Source: Camelus dromedarius (taxonomy: Eukaryota). From it: a stretch of DNA of 64,000 nucleotides. The stretch is from the NCBI RefSeq assembly GCF_036321535.1, contig NC_087436.1, positions 55,306,001 to 55,370,000 of the forward strand, written 5' to 3'. A model generated the notes under the pieces. It was given only the letters and a program-made list of their open reading frames with translations, was not told where the DNA came from and made no database searches. The first letter of the stretch is position 1. Every line of letters starts with the position of its first letter. The translations under genes and the position numbers were made by a program. Below are positions 38,271-51,610 of this stretch, piece after piece.

Positions 38271-38633
38271 GTGGGGCAGTACCTGGAGTCATGACGTGCT
38301 CCAACAGAAAACCCAGTATTTAAACGCATTAATGTATATAAGGAGAATATAGGGCGGGGTGGGGAGGATTTAAGATGGCAGAGGGAAAATTTTGAAAAAA
38401 AAAAAAAAAAGATGAATACAAGGATTTGGAATATAGTAAAAAGCATTACCTTTCCTTTTCTATTAACTCATTTAAATGTATATTAAATATGAGAGATGTA
38501 CACGTGTGTAATTGTGTTAAAAGTGAAAATAATAAAATGCAATCTTCCAGATCCAAAGAATGAATTGCTTTCTCAACTTTGCTTAGACACACAGTGGGGA
38601 GTATCCTTACCAGTGGCAAACTAGTGATATCCG

Positions 38634-38636
<3 letters not shown>

Positions 38637-38674
<38 letters not shown>
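38637..38674. repeat. (CA)19 microsatellite
   Basis: Read directly. Confidence 0.97.
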
Positions 38675-38679
<5 letters not shown>

Positions 38680-41439
38680 AATTTTGCTTCCAACTAATAA
38701 GCCAGGGCCTACCCTGGGACAGGGCAGAGTACGAGGGCTTCTCTGCTGGTTAATCATTCTGAGCTGACCTAAATTGTCCTCCATGCTCCACTAATGCAGA
38801 GATAGGGCTATAGCATCTCTTTTCTCGTAAAACTGGAGGCTGAATTTGGAAATACTGCATGACTCGAGAAGAAGGGTGAAGAGGTAGGGAAGGCAGCTTT
38901 TTATTCACTGCATAAATGCTGCCTATTCAGCTGTAACAAGCCAGTGAAGTTTGAGGTTGCAAATAAGAGAGTAGAAATGCAGGGTTTCTATTAAATTCAG
39001 CTTCTGAACTTGATTCAGTTTTATCACTTGCTAAACAAAGCTTGGATTTCAGCGATTTAGGGTTTATAAGTCCAGGCCAACTTCCTCCTACTCAGTGAAC
39101 TGGGTCAGTTTGTGACCAATCTAACTTAAAGTCCATAAATATGACTTATTTAATCTGTTGTGTAGATTGAGAGTCACTCAGGATTTTAAATCCCCATTTA
39201 CTTTTCATTCTGCAATGCTCTGCTGTTTCCAGCATGAGAGGAGTTTGACCCACACACACTGGGAGGCACCAGATGGTTTTGTCTCTGACATAGTCAGTAT
39301 ATTTTGGTTCTTACATTCATCTTTTCGTACTGTCCTTGATTGAAACTGGACTTGAACAGAACTCTCCTGAGTTACCTCAGACCTGCAAAGTTTAAATCTA
39401 GTCACAGTTTATTAATGGAGACAGTAATACGTAATGAAATGCCATTAATTCACACATGTTATATTGGTTTCTAATTTGAGGCATCACATCTAATTATCAG
39501 TAGATTAGTTACTCAGATTCATAGCCTGGTGACTATGGGGAAAATGTGCCTACTTCTACTACCTGAACTGTCAGAAAATAGAATGATGTCTATTTCTTAT
39601 GAGGGCAAGTAGGAAATCTCTGAAGCCTTCACATTGTTAGAGATTTATGGCTCAGTCCACAAAGAGAGCTCAGGAAAATCAGCTCTGCTGCTTGTTATTT
39701 CTCCACAGCTCTCATCCCAGACAGTGCTTGCAAAGTGCTTCATCTTGGAAAAAGCACTTTATTTCAGTGCAACAGATAGAGGCCATTATCCTGCTGTATT
39801 TGGGAGTAAAGGGCATCAAAACATAGCAGCCATATTTTGAAAAGCCCTGACTTTTGAGAGTATAAAGGAGTTCAACATTTGATCAACCTTTTAAGGGGCA
39901 TGCTTCTTATTCAGGGCATGAATTCCTAACCTCTGATTCTGCGTTTGCTTAGCTAACATGGAGTGTTTGCACCCCAGAGCAATCCTGTTCCCCCTTACAT
40001 CTGTTGTGCAAGGCTAGTTTCAGAAAGTCCTTTTGAAACCTGGGAAACTACAGTCACAGGCATATTGAAGTTACAACTACGTATTCACCAGGACTGACCT
40101 CTCTGCAAGTGGGTATAAATGTTTGTGGGAAACATTGTTTCTCTAGGTTCCAAGTACCCACAGCCAGTCAGCAGGGAAGTGTGAGGATGTCAGGTAAACA
40201 CAATCAAGCCATTTGTGGAAAATATGAACAGAGAAAGAAGGAGGGTAATGAAGCATAGACAGAGCCAGGCTGTTTCCCAGTCTATTTAGCTAGATTGTCT
40301 TTATCTAATTGTTTTTCTCCCTGGAGGTTAAAAAAACAGAGAGAGAGGGGAGAGAGGGAGTGAAAGAGAGCATTTCAATATTATAAAACTAAGCTTTATT
40401 ATTGTTGCTTTCAATTTTTTCACAAAGGAAAACGTAAGGCATTACAGTAGTACCCCATAGCAACTCTATAGTTACGGAGTACTTAGCAGTTCCATTATAT
40501 GCCATATTTCTGAAGATTTCTATTACAAGAGTAAAATATTTGCTTTAGGGTAAAAATTGTCCAAAGTATTCTCAACCTAGGAGCATTTTACTTTTGTTCA
40601 TTATTTTTTAAAAATCCTCAAAAAGTGATTTCTGTCAATTTCTTTTTCTGAAGACTTTCATTTATATCTTACATGAATGTTGTGAAAACTCTCAAATCAA
40701 GGTTCAATTTATTAACTATCCAGGATATAATTATAAGAGGTGGCAATCTCCTAAACTCAAAATTTTCTTTCTTTCTATCATGATGAATCTAGTTGAATGT
40801 CAGTCATGTATGAAAATAGGAAATAAGGATGGCCTGGGTAAGTAATGTACCTAATAAGTTCCTAAATTTCATGTAAATAAATCGTTTGTTCCTTTCCTTT
40901 TCAGCAGCCCTCACCAACTATCAATCAGACAAATAAACTTAACTGGAGATGGTACTATCTCTCTCAGCTTTCAGGAATTTATGTTAATAAGCGGGAAAAT
41001 TGTCATTATAAGCAATAAAGAAGAAAGAGAATTCAGCAATAATGTGAGGTCCGTGGCTAACAGAGAGACTACCTGTATAAGAACATACATGTGTACGTAC
41101 TTTTTCTAACAAAATCTGATTGAGGGTCAATGATCTAGAAATTATATTAATTAGTTTATGAACAATTAGTATATGACTCTATTCTAGCAGAATTACCCTA
41201 GTACTTCTTAGTAACTAATACTTCTACTAAAACTACTATTACTTTTACTAAAACCTAATAAAATCTGAAATTTTCAAATGTATAATAATTAGCTACATAT
41301 TCATCATTTTATGCAAGAAGAAAAACAGTGAGAATAGGAACTTGTAACTTAATGTATTGGACAAAGCACCAATGTGTAAGAACCTTGGAGATAAGCATTT
41401 ATAAAAATTGCAGTGAATGGGAAAAATTGCATTATAGGA

Positions 41440-41535
41440 AAGAAAGAGATTTACTTCCTGATCCCAATGGTGTGACCTTGGATTGAACACAGATTTTCCG
41501 GGTCTTACTCTCTTCGTGTGTAAAATGAGGTTGCT
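41440..41535 (+). mobile_element. MIR/MIR3 fragment
   Basis: TGTGACCTTGGATT...CTCTCTTCGTGTGTAAAATGAGG. Confidence 0.55.
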
Positions 41536-42539
41536 TATGACTCTAGCGATATATTATTGCATGACTTTTGATCAATGAACAGGTGTATTCACTTTTTTTT
41601 TTTCCTATCCCATTTTGTGTTAACAGAATTTCAATGAAAAGGCTGGTTTTAATTAAATTTGCTCAGAAATTTTAGGCACATTTTCATCATTTTGATTGTA
41701 AATTCCAGTGAAGTTTGGGATTTGGATCTTATTTTGCTTTTCTTTGCTTAATTTTTACTTTGTTGTCATTTCTTTCATCCTCTGAGACCACAAAACAGCA
41801 GAAAATAAGGAGCTTTTCTCTTTTCCTCTATGAGGATTAATGTTGATCTGTTACTGACTGTGAATAATGCATATTTGCTTATGTAGTCACACTTCAGATG
41901 TGTAAATATAAGCATTACAAAATGCGTAACAAAATGATTAAAATATCCTTTTTTTTCCTGAGCAAAATATAATCTTTGCATTGACTTAAGATGCTCTTTG
42001 TGTTCTATGCCTTGAAACTTCAGTATTCCTTAGTTCATAATTTTATTCCTGTCTAGATCTGAATTTTAAGGACTTTCAACACCAGGCTATCAGATCAATG
42101 ATCATAGCATTAGGAGTTATTTCAGCTCCATCCTCAACCCTCTATTCAGCACTGCTCTAAAGCTCTCAAATTAAGAACCATAAAAAGTCCATTAAAATTT
42201 CATCTAATGGTGATTTTGCTTTTGAGTATACAGCTATCTCAAGGAGTTTAGATGTTTAGGGTTGCTTATGCCTTAGTACATTTATTTAATGCACTTGATC
42301 ACTTGGCAGAAAATGCATATAATGCTCTAAGGTTTTCATGAGGAGTAGTCCTTAGTGTGTTCATCATTAGTCTACTCTTTTTGTTAAGAAATTCTTCATT
42401 ATCTTTTTATTTCTGTTGTTAAGTTTGAAGAACACATGACTCTCACACAATATTTCTTTCCTCTAATAATTTTTTCTCCTTAGTGCATTTTTATCTTCAC
42501 CTTTTTTAACTATTGTTCTAATAGGATATGTGTAAATGT

Positions 42540-42663
42540 AATTATATAAGTATTTAATACTATATAGTATAATAAAATATGTAAATATACTTTTATATTT
42601 TATATATGTATGTATTATATAATTTTATATATTTAATAAAATATGTGTATATATATTTATATA
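42540..42663. repeat. AT-rich low-complexity tract
   Basis: Almost pure A/T with TA runs. Confidence 0.8.
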
Positions 42664-42689
42664 CCTGTCACCCGACACCTATATGTCTA

Positions 42690-43190
42690 CAAGTTTGCTG
42701 CTATATCTATTGCTGCATAACAAATTATCTCAAAATTTAGCAGCTCAAAACAGTGAATTAACTCTCTCACAGTGTCTGAGGGCCAGGAGTCTGGCAGCAG
42801 CATAGACGTGTAACTCTAGCTCAGGGTATCTCCTGAGCTCACAATCAGCTGTTAGCCCACGCTGCTTTTCTCTCAAGGCTTTACTAGTGCTGGAGGATTT
42901 TCAGCTCAGATCACTCACAAGGCTATTGAGAAGAGGCCTCAGTTCCTTACCTCTTGGACTCTTCATGTCATGCCCGGCATGGCTGGCTTCCCCATAGAGA
43001 CTGACCCAAGAAAGGGCGTGACCAAGATGGAAACCACAGTGCCTTCATCATCCAATCTAGGAAGACACATACCATTATTTCTACTGAATTTTATTGTTCA
43101 TATAGAGCAAATTATGTGGGGGTGAACTACAAAACAGTGGATGTAAGCAGAGGATGATTCAAAGTAATCTTGAATGCTGGTTAGTATAGC
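42690..43190 (-). mobile_element. MLT1 (MLT1F-like) MaLR solo LTR
   Basis: CTATTGCTGCATAACAAATTATCTCAAAATTTAGCAGCTCAAAACA...GGCCTCAGTTCCTT...CATGGCTGGCTTCCCC...CCAAGATGGAAACCACAGTG. Confidence 0.85.
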
Positions 43191-43285
43191 CATCATTAAA
43201 ACTAAATATTTAGATGATAACTGGGTTTTTTCCTTAACGTTTTTTCCATATCATAATGAAAAGTTTTTTGATTTGTATATGTCTG

Positions 43286-44132
43286 AGCTTTATTGAGATA
43301 TAATTCACATACCATTAAGCTCACCCTTTTAAAGTGTACAATTCAGTGTGATATATATAATATACATATATATCTATATACATATATAGATAATATATAT
43401 AGATCCATATATAGTATATTCACAAAGTTGTGCAGCCATCACCACATCTAATTCTAGAACATTTTCATTATCCCAAAAGGAATTCTGTATCAATTAGCAG
43501 TCACTTCCTATCTCTTTCCTCAATCCTTGGAAAGTCTATTTCCTTTATCTGTGGATATGTCTATTCTAGGCATTTAATATAAGTGGGATTCCATTTATAT
43601 ATATATATATAAATGGAATTCCATATGTGTGTGTGTATATATATATATATATATGGCTTATGGGGTTGGTATCTTTCACTTAGCATAATGATTTCAAGTT
43701 TTATTCATATTGTAGCATATATAAGCACTTCATCCATTTTTATGGTTGAGTAATATTCTATTGCAAGAATATACCACATTTTATTTATTCATTTATCAGT
43801 CTTTGGGCATTTGGATTGTTTCCACTTTTTGGATATTATGAATAATACTGTTATGAACACTTGTGTACAAGTTTATGTATGGGCATATGTTTTCAGTGCT
43901 TTTGGGTATATACCTAGGAGTAGAATTGTTGGATTATGTAGTAACTCTAAGTATACTATGTTGAGAAACTGCTAGACTTTTCTGAAGTTGCTGCACCATT
44001 TTATATTCTCACAAGCTATGTATAAATGTTCAAATTTCTCCACACTCTCACGAATACTTGTTGCTTTTTTAATTTTAGTCATCCTAGTAGGTATGGAGTG
44101 ATATCTCACTGTGGTTTTGATTTGTATTTCTC
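43286..44132 (-). mobile_element. L1MB-type 3' end
   Basis: AGCTTTATTGAGATATAATTCACATACCAT...AAAGTGTACAATTCAGTG...TATACCTAGGAGTAGAATTG...GTGGTTTTGATTTGTATTTC. Confidence 0.9.
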
Positions 44133-44214
44133 TTTATATATGTCTTTGTGTAAACATGTGGAAACATTTCTGTTAAAAATAATGTGGAGTTTTTCAATAA
44201 AGAAAAGGAAGGAA

Positions 44215-45445
44215 GGGCACTTGGATTGTTTCCATGTGTTGGCAATTGTAAATAGTGCTGCTATGAACATTGGGATGCATGTATCTTTTTGTTTTTTCCA
44301 AATACATGCCCAGGAATGGCATTGCTGGATCATGTGGCAACTCTGTTTTTATTTCTTAAGGAACCTACATAGTGTTTTCCATTGTGGCTGCACCAATTTA
44401 CATTCCTACCAACAGTGTAAAAGGGTTTCCTTTTCTCCACACCCTCTCCAGCATTTATTATTTGTGGACTTTTTGATGATGACCATTCTGACTGGTGTGA
44501 AGTGATGCTGCATTGTGGTTTTGATTTGCATTTCTCTACTAATTAACAATGTGGAGCATCTTTTCATGTGCCTGTTGGCCAGCTGTATGTCTTCATTGGA
44601 GAAATGTCTGTTTAGGTCTTCTGCCCATTTTTTGATTGGGTTGGGGTTGTTGTTGTTGTTGTTGTTGTTACTAAGTTGAGGAGCTGTTTGTATAGTTTGG
44701 ATATTAACCTCCTGTCAGTTGCATCATTTACAAATGTTTTCTCCTATTTAGTAGGTTGTCTTTTCATTTTGTTGATGGTTTCCTTAATTGTACAAAAGCT
44801 TTTAAGTTTGATTAGGTCCCATTTGTTTATTTATGCTTTAATTTCATTTGCCTTGGGAGACTGATCTAAGAAAATATTCCTACAATTTGTGTCCTAGAAT
44901 GTTTTGCCTATGTTCTCTTCTAGGAGTTTTAAGGTGTCCTGTCTTATATTTAGGTCTTTAAATCATTTTGAGTTTTTTTGTATATGGTGTGAGGGAGTGT
45001 TCTAAATAACTTCATTGATTTATATACAGCTGTCCAGCTTTCCCAATGCCATTTGTTGAAGAGACTGTCTTTTCTTTATTGTATATTCTTGCCTTGTTTG
45101 TCATAGATAATTTGACCATAGGTGTGTGGGTTTATTTCAGAGCTCTCTATTCTGTCCTATTGATGTATATGTCTGTTTTTGTGCCAATACCACACTATTT
45201 TGATTACTGTAGCTTTGTGGTATTTTCTGAAGTCTGGGAGGGTTATGCCTCCAGCTTTGTTCTTTTTCCTCAGGATCACTTTGGCAATTTTGGGTCTTTT
45301 GTGGCTCCATATAAATTTTACAATTATTTGTTCTGTGAAAAACGCCCTGGGTAATTTTGCATTAAATTTGTAGATTGCTTTGGGTAGAATGATCATTTTA
45401 ACAATATTAATTCTTCCAACTCAAGAGCCTGGGGTATCTTCCCAT
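44215..45445 (-). mobile_element. Inverted 5' segment (ORF2) of a twin-primed cetartiodactyl L1
   Basis: The minus-strand ORF track gives ORF2 peptides [13 protein letters not shown]...AGGITLPDF...[15 protein letters not shown] and [20 protein letters not shown]. Confidence 0.92.
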
Positions 45446-45860
45446 GCCCACCAAGAATCGGCTTAAGAAGAAGTGATAGACAATAGGATTTTACTTAGCC
45501 ATAAAGAAGAATGAAATGTTGCCATTTGCAGCAACATAGATGGATCTAGAGACTTACCAGGAGAAGTAAGTCAGACAGAGTAAGACAAATGTTATATCAC
45601 TTATATATGGAATTTAAAAAATAATACAAATGAAATCTATATACAAAACAGAAACAGACTCACAGACATAGAAAATAAACTTATATTTACCAATGGGGAA
45701 AGAAGAGGGGAGGGATAAATTAGGAGCATGGGATTAACAGATACAAACTACTATACATAAAATAGATAAGCAACAAGGATTTACTGTATAGCACAGGAGA
45801 TTATATTCAATATCTTGTAATAACCTATAAGGGAAAATAATCTGAAAATACATATATGTG

Positions 45861-45896
<36 letters not shown>

Positions 45897-45985
45897 TATA
45901 CATATATGTATATAACTGAATTACTTTGCTGTATACCTAAAACTAACACAATATTGTAAATCAGCTGTACTCCATATAATAAAAA
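45445..45985 (+). mobile_element. Non-inverted 3' segment of the same L1
   Basis: Starts TGCCCA, at the L1 position where the inverted segment begins; continues GAATGAAATGTTGCCATTTGCAGCAACA...ACTAACACAATATTGTAAATCAGCTGTACTCC and a short tail. Confidence 0.9.
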
Positions 45986-46517
45986 GGAAGAAGGAAGGAG
46001 AAAAGAACAAAAGAAAGAGAATGAAAGAGAGTGAATGTAATATACACATACCCACATAGTCTCATTTATGCATTATATTTCAATAAGAATCTTTCAAAAT
46101 GGAGGTTGTTCATATATTAAGTTTCTGAATAATCAATATCAGATTGGAATTGATACTCAATGTATATTCATTGTTTCACATTTAATTCATTAAATAGAAG
46201 ACAAATGCAATTACTGTAGGCCAAATGCAATTTTAGGCCAAATCAGAGCTGAACTTGTCATGTTTCAGCAGGAATAAAGGGAAAGCACAGTGCCTGGATT
46301 AGGGACATTGGGTTAAGATTTAGTCCTCCATGCTAAACAGGAAGCTACAGATAGAAACAGATGATGTTGCTACAAGACTGGGGTGGCAGTTTCAGACTCA
46401 ACATTGGAGAAATGAATAGATTCAGAAAGAGTCAGCAGACCATCTTAGATCAAATAAATGGAAAGGGATTCAAAAACAGGAGAAGAAGGCTGTAGCTGCT
46501 GAATGTGTGGGAATGTC

Positions 46518-46985
46518 TGTGACAGCCACGGAAGTGCACTGCTTGGATCTCCCTTCACAAAAGAGCTGGATGATCACCTGTGAGGAGCTTAGTCAGCTGA
46601 CATCCTCCAGCTACAGTGCCTTCAGGATATAACACAGCATTTGCCTGAGGCCATGCAATGGCTGAGCATGGTGGGAATAGTAAGCCTGACCATTCCTGCC
46701 TGGTGTGGATGCAGGACTCCTCTCCCAGCAGTCTGTGCTTGAGCTCCCACATGGATTGCTGACTTTTTCAAAGCTGCAGTGCAGTCTGAGACCTTTCCTA
46801 CCCAACTTTCCATTTCTTATCTTCTTCTTTTACAAATATCAGACCTGTAGAATGGTCTGAAGGATTTTGAGATCTACTCTTACTATAATTCTCCCCTCTT
46901 ATTTTCACCAGCATTTCTTCCAGTAAATTCCTGGCACTTCTAACTCTTACTTGACATGTGCTAATTGGAGGACCCAACAGATACA
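46518..46985 (+). mobile_element. LTR16-family ERVL solo LTR
   Basis: TGTGACAGCCACGGAAGTG...GGATCTCCCTTCA...GTCAGCTGACATCCTCCAGCT...TTGGAGGACCCAACAGATACA. Confidence 0.8.
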
Positions 46986-48715
46986 AGGGCTGCCAGTTCT
47001 TTTATTTGAAGCCCTCTAATAATGTGCTGTTACCTGTTGTGGAAGTGGAGGAGAAGGGCTTTGCGGGTACTTAAGGGCATGATCACAGCATAGATAGGGA
47101 GCCTGAGTTACTGTGGAATCCGTATATTTTTAACACCATCATATATTTTATATCATTTTAGCCACTTTTTTTTGGTAAATGTTCCTAAATATAATAACCC
47201 CCACAAATAGAAAAGTAGGTTTTTCTTAAGGGCTCTGAGTCTTCTTTTTAAATTTGTATTGTTACACTGTATACCAAAAGGTTGCTGAGACCTGTGAAGC
47301 TCTGTCTCCACAATAACAATGTTTGTAGGCTGCTGTTTCACTGATGTCACCTTTTTTCACTTCTTACTGTTATATTTCTATTCATGTCCTACATGTCTAA
47401 ATGGCAGAAACAAGTGCGATTTGCCTCCATCACAAGTCCTGATCACCCAATAATTGAGCTTAATTTCTTTTGTTAATTCCATCCTCAACTCATGGGCTAG
47501 CTTTGACTCTTGATTTCATATGAACTCACTTGTTTGGGTTTACTGGGCTATAAGTCTTTGCTAAATCAGTGGTGGATCCAGGGTGAGAGCGGTGAAGTAG
47601 TAGAGAGAACATAGACTTCTAGACTGTGATAAACCCTTATTATCCAAGTGAGATATCTTCTTTAGCAGCTGTAAAACTTATTTAGTAATTACATATACTG
47701 TGCTGCTGTAAATTTTTGATAATATAAATGTTGACATAATTTATCAGCATGTATTACCATCCTTGGCAGATACAATGTGGGTCCTTTTTAAGCTCCCTGC
47801 AGAACTGATGAACTCTTCCAGAAGTTAATCAGGAACTTTATCAAACTGGTATTTCTTAGCCAGCTATGCTAGAGCAGTTTGCAGGTTGTGTTTAGCTAAA
47901 CATGATTCATAAGACGTAAATCTTAAATAGTTAATGTTTTTGACTAGAACCATGCGCATGATTATGCCACAATGATACCTAAACCTTAGAATGTCTCTTG
48001 TGAATTCATTTTCCAATTAGTGTTTGCTTAGTAGAAGTCATAGGGAAGTTGACAATGTATTGGTTTGGAAAGTGGGTAACATCAAATGATGAAAACCTAT
48101 AATGACACTTTTGGATTTCTGCTTTGAAAAAATCAGTGAATAGTTTCAGTAATAAAAATATCTCCCCCTTTAATACAGAACAGCTTGAGTGATCAAGTGT
48201 GCATTTACAACTATTAGAGGAGATTGAATGAGCATATTCAAGACTCAGCCTTTCAGCTGTTTTATCACATGATGGTTGTACATACCATAATTTTAAATTG
48301 TTTTCCTTGTTTCTTATGTATTGCTTAATTGTGCCTATAAAAAAGACAAAAGATCAAAAAAGATAAAGGCAGACAATCTGAAAAGAATTAATGTGGAAAT
48401 ACGAAAAGTTAATAGGGACATAAAAATTATAATAATTCTGCAACTAGATCTCTTAGGTTGCATTTATCTGATCAAAAATCTTATATAGTACAGGGAGACA
48501 TTGATAATACTTAAAAATTTTTAAACAGAAAATAGTGATGATTATGTTCAACTCTGATTATATTCAATACAATATTGATTTAATTCAATATGGACTTTCA
48601 TTTATTTGAAATTTCATTTTGAATTTCACTTATTCTCAATAAGTGAATGCAGTTTTGCTGAGAAACATTGGCATAAGGGATGGTGAAACATGCTAGCTTA
48701 ATTTGTCATTAAAAA

Positions 48716-50070
48716 TAATGAAACTGGACCCCTATCTTAAACCACAACAAAAATCAGTTCAAAATGGATAAAAGGCTTGAACAAAAGACCTGAAATTATA
48801 AAACTCCCAGAAGGAAAAATAGATAGTAAGCTCCTTGACATCAATATTAGTAGAGACTTTTGTTTCTAACTTGACACCAAAAGCAAAGAAAATAAGGGCA
48901 AAAAATAAACAAGTGGGACTGCATTAAGCTAAAAAGACTTCTGCACAGCAAAGGAAAACATCAACAAAAGGAAAATACAACCTACCTGTGGAATAGGAGA
49001 AAATACTTGCAAATCATGTAGCTGAAAAGGTATTGATATGCAAAATATATAAGGAACTCATACAACTCAATAGAAATAGAGCGAATAATCCAACTAAAAA
49101 AATAGAGGAACTGAATAGAGTTTTTTCCAAAGAAGATGTACAACTGGCGAACAGGTACACGAAAAGGTGCTGAGTATCACTAATTATCAGAGAAATGAAA
49201 ATCAGAATAACAAGTTATCACCTCAGACCAGTCAGAATGGCTACCATCAAAAAGACAAGAAATAACATGTTAAACAAGAATATGGAGGAAAAGGAAGTCT
49301 CAAGCAACTGTTGATGGGAAAGTAAATTGGCACAGCCACTATGAGAAACAGTTTAGAGGGTTCTCAAAAAATTAAAAGTAGGTCTATCATAGTGATCCAG
49401 CAATTCCACTTTTGAGTATGTATCCAAAGGAAATGAAAACAGAACATCTAAGAGTTATCTGCATTCCCATATTCATTGTACCATTATTCACATTAGCCAA
49501 AATATGAAATAACCAGAGTGTTCATTGACAGATGAGTGGATAAAGAAGCAGTGGTGAAATATTATTCAGCCTTGAGAAAGAAGGAAATCCTGCCATTTGC
49601 GAAAACATGAATGGAATTACAGAACATTATGCTTAGTGAAATAAATCAGACAGAGAAAGATGAGTACTGCATGGCATCACTTATATGCTCAATCCAAAAA
49701 AAAAAAAAAATTTCAAACCCATAGAAACAGAGTAGAAAAGTGGTTGCCAGGGGCTGAGAGTAGGGGAAATAGGGAGAGGTCAGTAAAAGAATACAAATTC
49801 TCAGCTATGAAATGAATGAGGTCTGAAGGTCTAATGAATAATGTGGTGACTATAGTTGGTAGCACTGTATTATATAATTGAAATTTGCTAAGAGAGCAGA
49901 ACTTAAATATTTTCACCAAAAAATAATAATAATAAATGAAATAATAGTAGATATATGAGATGATGAATGTGTTAGTTAACTAGATGGGGGGGCTACCTTA
50001 TATGATGTACGCATATGACAAATCACCATGATGTACACTTTACCTATCTTACGGTTTTATTTGTTGATAA
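48716..50070 (+). mobile_element. L1MA-type 3' portion (ORF2 C-terminus plus 3'UTR)
   Basis: ATGAAACTGGACCCCTATCTT...CTGCACAGCAAAGGAAA...GATCCAGCAATTCCACTT...GAAATTTGCTAAGAGAGCAGAACTTAAA...TGTACACTTTA. Confidence 0.92.
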
Positions 50071-50389
50071 GAGAAAAAAACAGTAAAAATGAAACTTATA
50101 CACAATAATCTGATGGATATTTTTAAAAAATAAGCAACATCTAATAATCCAATTTTAAGACACTTTTCCCACTCTAATGTTGCAACACAGGTAGATAAAT
50201 GTATATTTTATTGTATTTTAAGTTGATTTTTGTTACAAAATATTTTAAACAAGAACCAAGGAAAACTTAACATAAAGAATACCTGTATAGTAATAATAAT
50301 TTTCAAGCTATATCATACATATATATATAATTTTTGTCACATATTTTTAACCAAGTGAAAACTAATAAAACTAAGGTAAGGCCACTAAG

Positions 50390-51330
50390 GCCACCAATGG
50401 AACACTTTTTAAATAAGTGTTTTACCTTCCATCTTAGAGATAAGAGTTTTCATAATTTGTATCATTATTCTCATGTATTTGGTTTTACTACATACTTGTA
50501 CATTCATAAATAATGTACAACATTATTGGTTGGTTTATTATTTTATATAACAAACCATTTTGGCATATATCTGTAACTCATTCATTTTAACTCCAGTATA
50601 ATAAAGACCTTGACTGAATAGCCTTCAATTTATTTATCCCTTGTCTTGTTAATGGATATATAAAGTGTTTCCAAGTATTCCTAATTACAAACAGAATGGT
50701 AATCAATACTCATATTTCCCTCCATGAGTACATGCCTCAGAGTACTTTAGAATAAACCCAGTGAGTGGCAGAATTGCTATGTAATATTATACATTTCACA
50801 GTGTCGTCAATTTATATTTCACCAGTAGTATATGAGAATTATCTTATTTCCATACCCTCACTTGGGTATGAAATCACCTCGATTCTGTCTTTTAATTTTT
50901 TCAATCTGATGTGTATGAATTATTATATTATCTCATTTTAATTTTCATTTGCCTGATTTTGCTCTGCTATAATCAGATGGACCGTCTTTTCATATTTTAT
51001 TGTTACTCAAGTTTTCCTTTCTATGAGTTGTTATTATGATTCTTTGATGTATTTTTCTGTCGAACTTTGTCTTAAGTTGATTGGCTTGAACAGTTTTCAA
51101 ATATTAATTTTTTCAGTCACATATAAACATATGTGCTACATCTTCCTAATCTGTGGCCTATTTAATTTTATATATGGTCACTTTATTTATATAGAACTTT
51201 TAAATCATCATGTAATGAAACATGTCTTTTACTTTCCTTTATAAATATTATTTTCTTATGTGCTAGAAATCTTTTCCTGCCTCAAAGTCATAATGATATT
51301 CTTCTATATATTTTTGAACATTTTAAGATT
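50390..51330 (-). mobile_element. Ancient L1ME fragment
   Basis: Antisense landmarks AGAATTGCT...CAATTTATATTTCACCAGTAGTATATGAGA...TTTTAATTTTCATTTGCCTGAT. Confidence 0.7.
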
Positions 51331-51389
51331 ACACCCACATTAGATATATATGTGTGATTAATGTGTGTGTGTACAACACAGTATTGACA

Positions 51390-51610
51390 ATATTTACTGA
51401 ATTTGTACGTGTTCCAGGCACTGTTATAAGCCCTTGGCCTGCATTAACCTGTTTAATTCTTAAAATATTATATGATATACTTGATACTTTAACTCCCATG
51501 ATCCAACTGAGGAAATTCAAGTGAAAAGATTAAGCACTTGCCCAACTGTAGGAAGCCTTTAGTAAAGATACATGCCGACTGGGATTCAAACACAGGCATC
51601 TGTCTCTTCC
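51390..51610 (-). mobile_element. MIR SINE
   Basis: ATTTACTGA...GTGTTCCAGGCACTGTTATAAGC...TGAGGAAATTCAAG...ATTAAGCACTTGCCCAA...GGGATTCAAACACAGG. Confidence 0.85.

Noticed and set aside
39727..39772. Hairpin AAAGTGCTT-N11-AAGCACTTT containing a miR-17/miR-302-like seed
   Set aside because: Only a 9-bp stem, with the seed abutting the loop; no ~30-bp pre-miRNA stem, and the sequence after the seed matches no miRNA I know.
44026..45396. Several ORFs of 60-160 aa
   Set aside because: Fragments of L1 ORF2 or its antisense strand, broken by stops and frameshifts.
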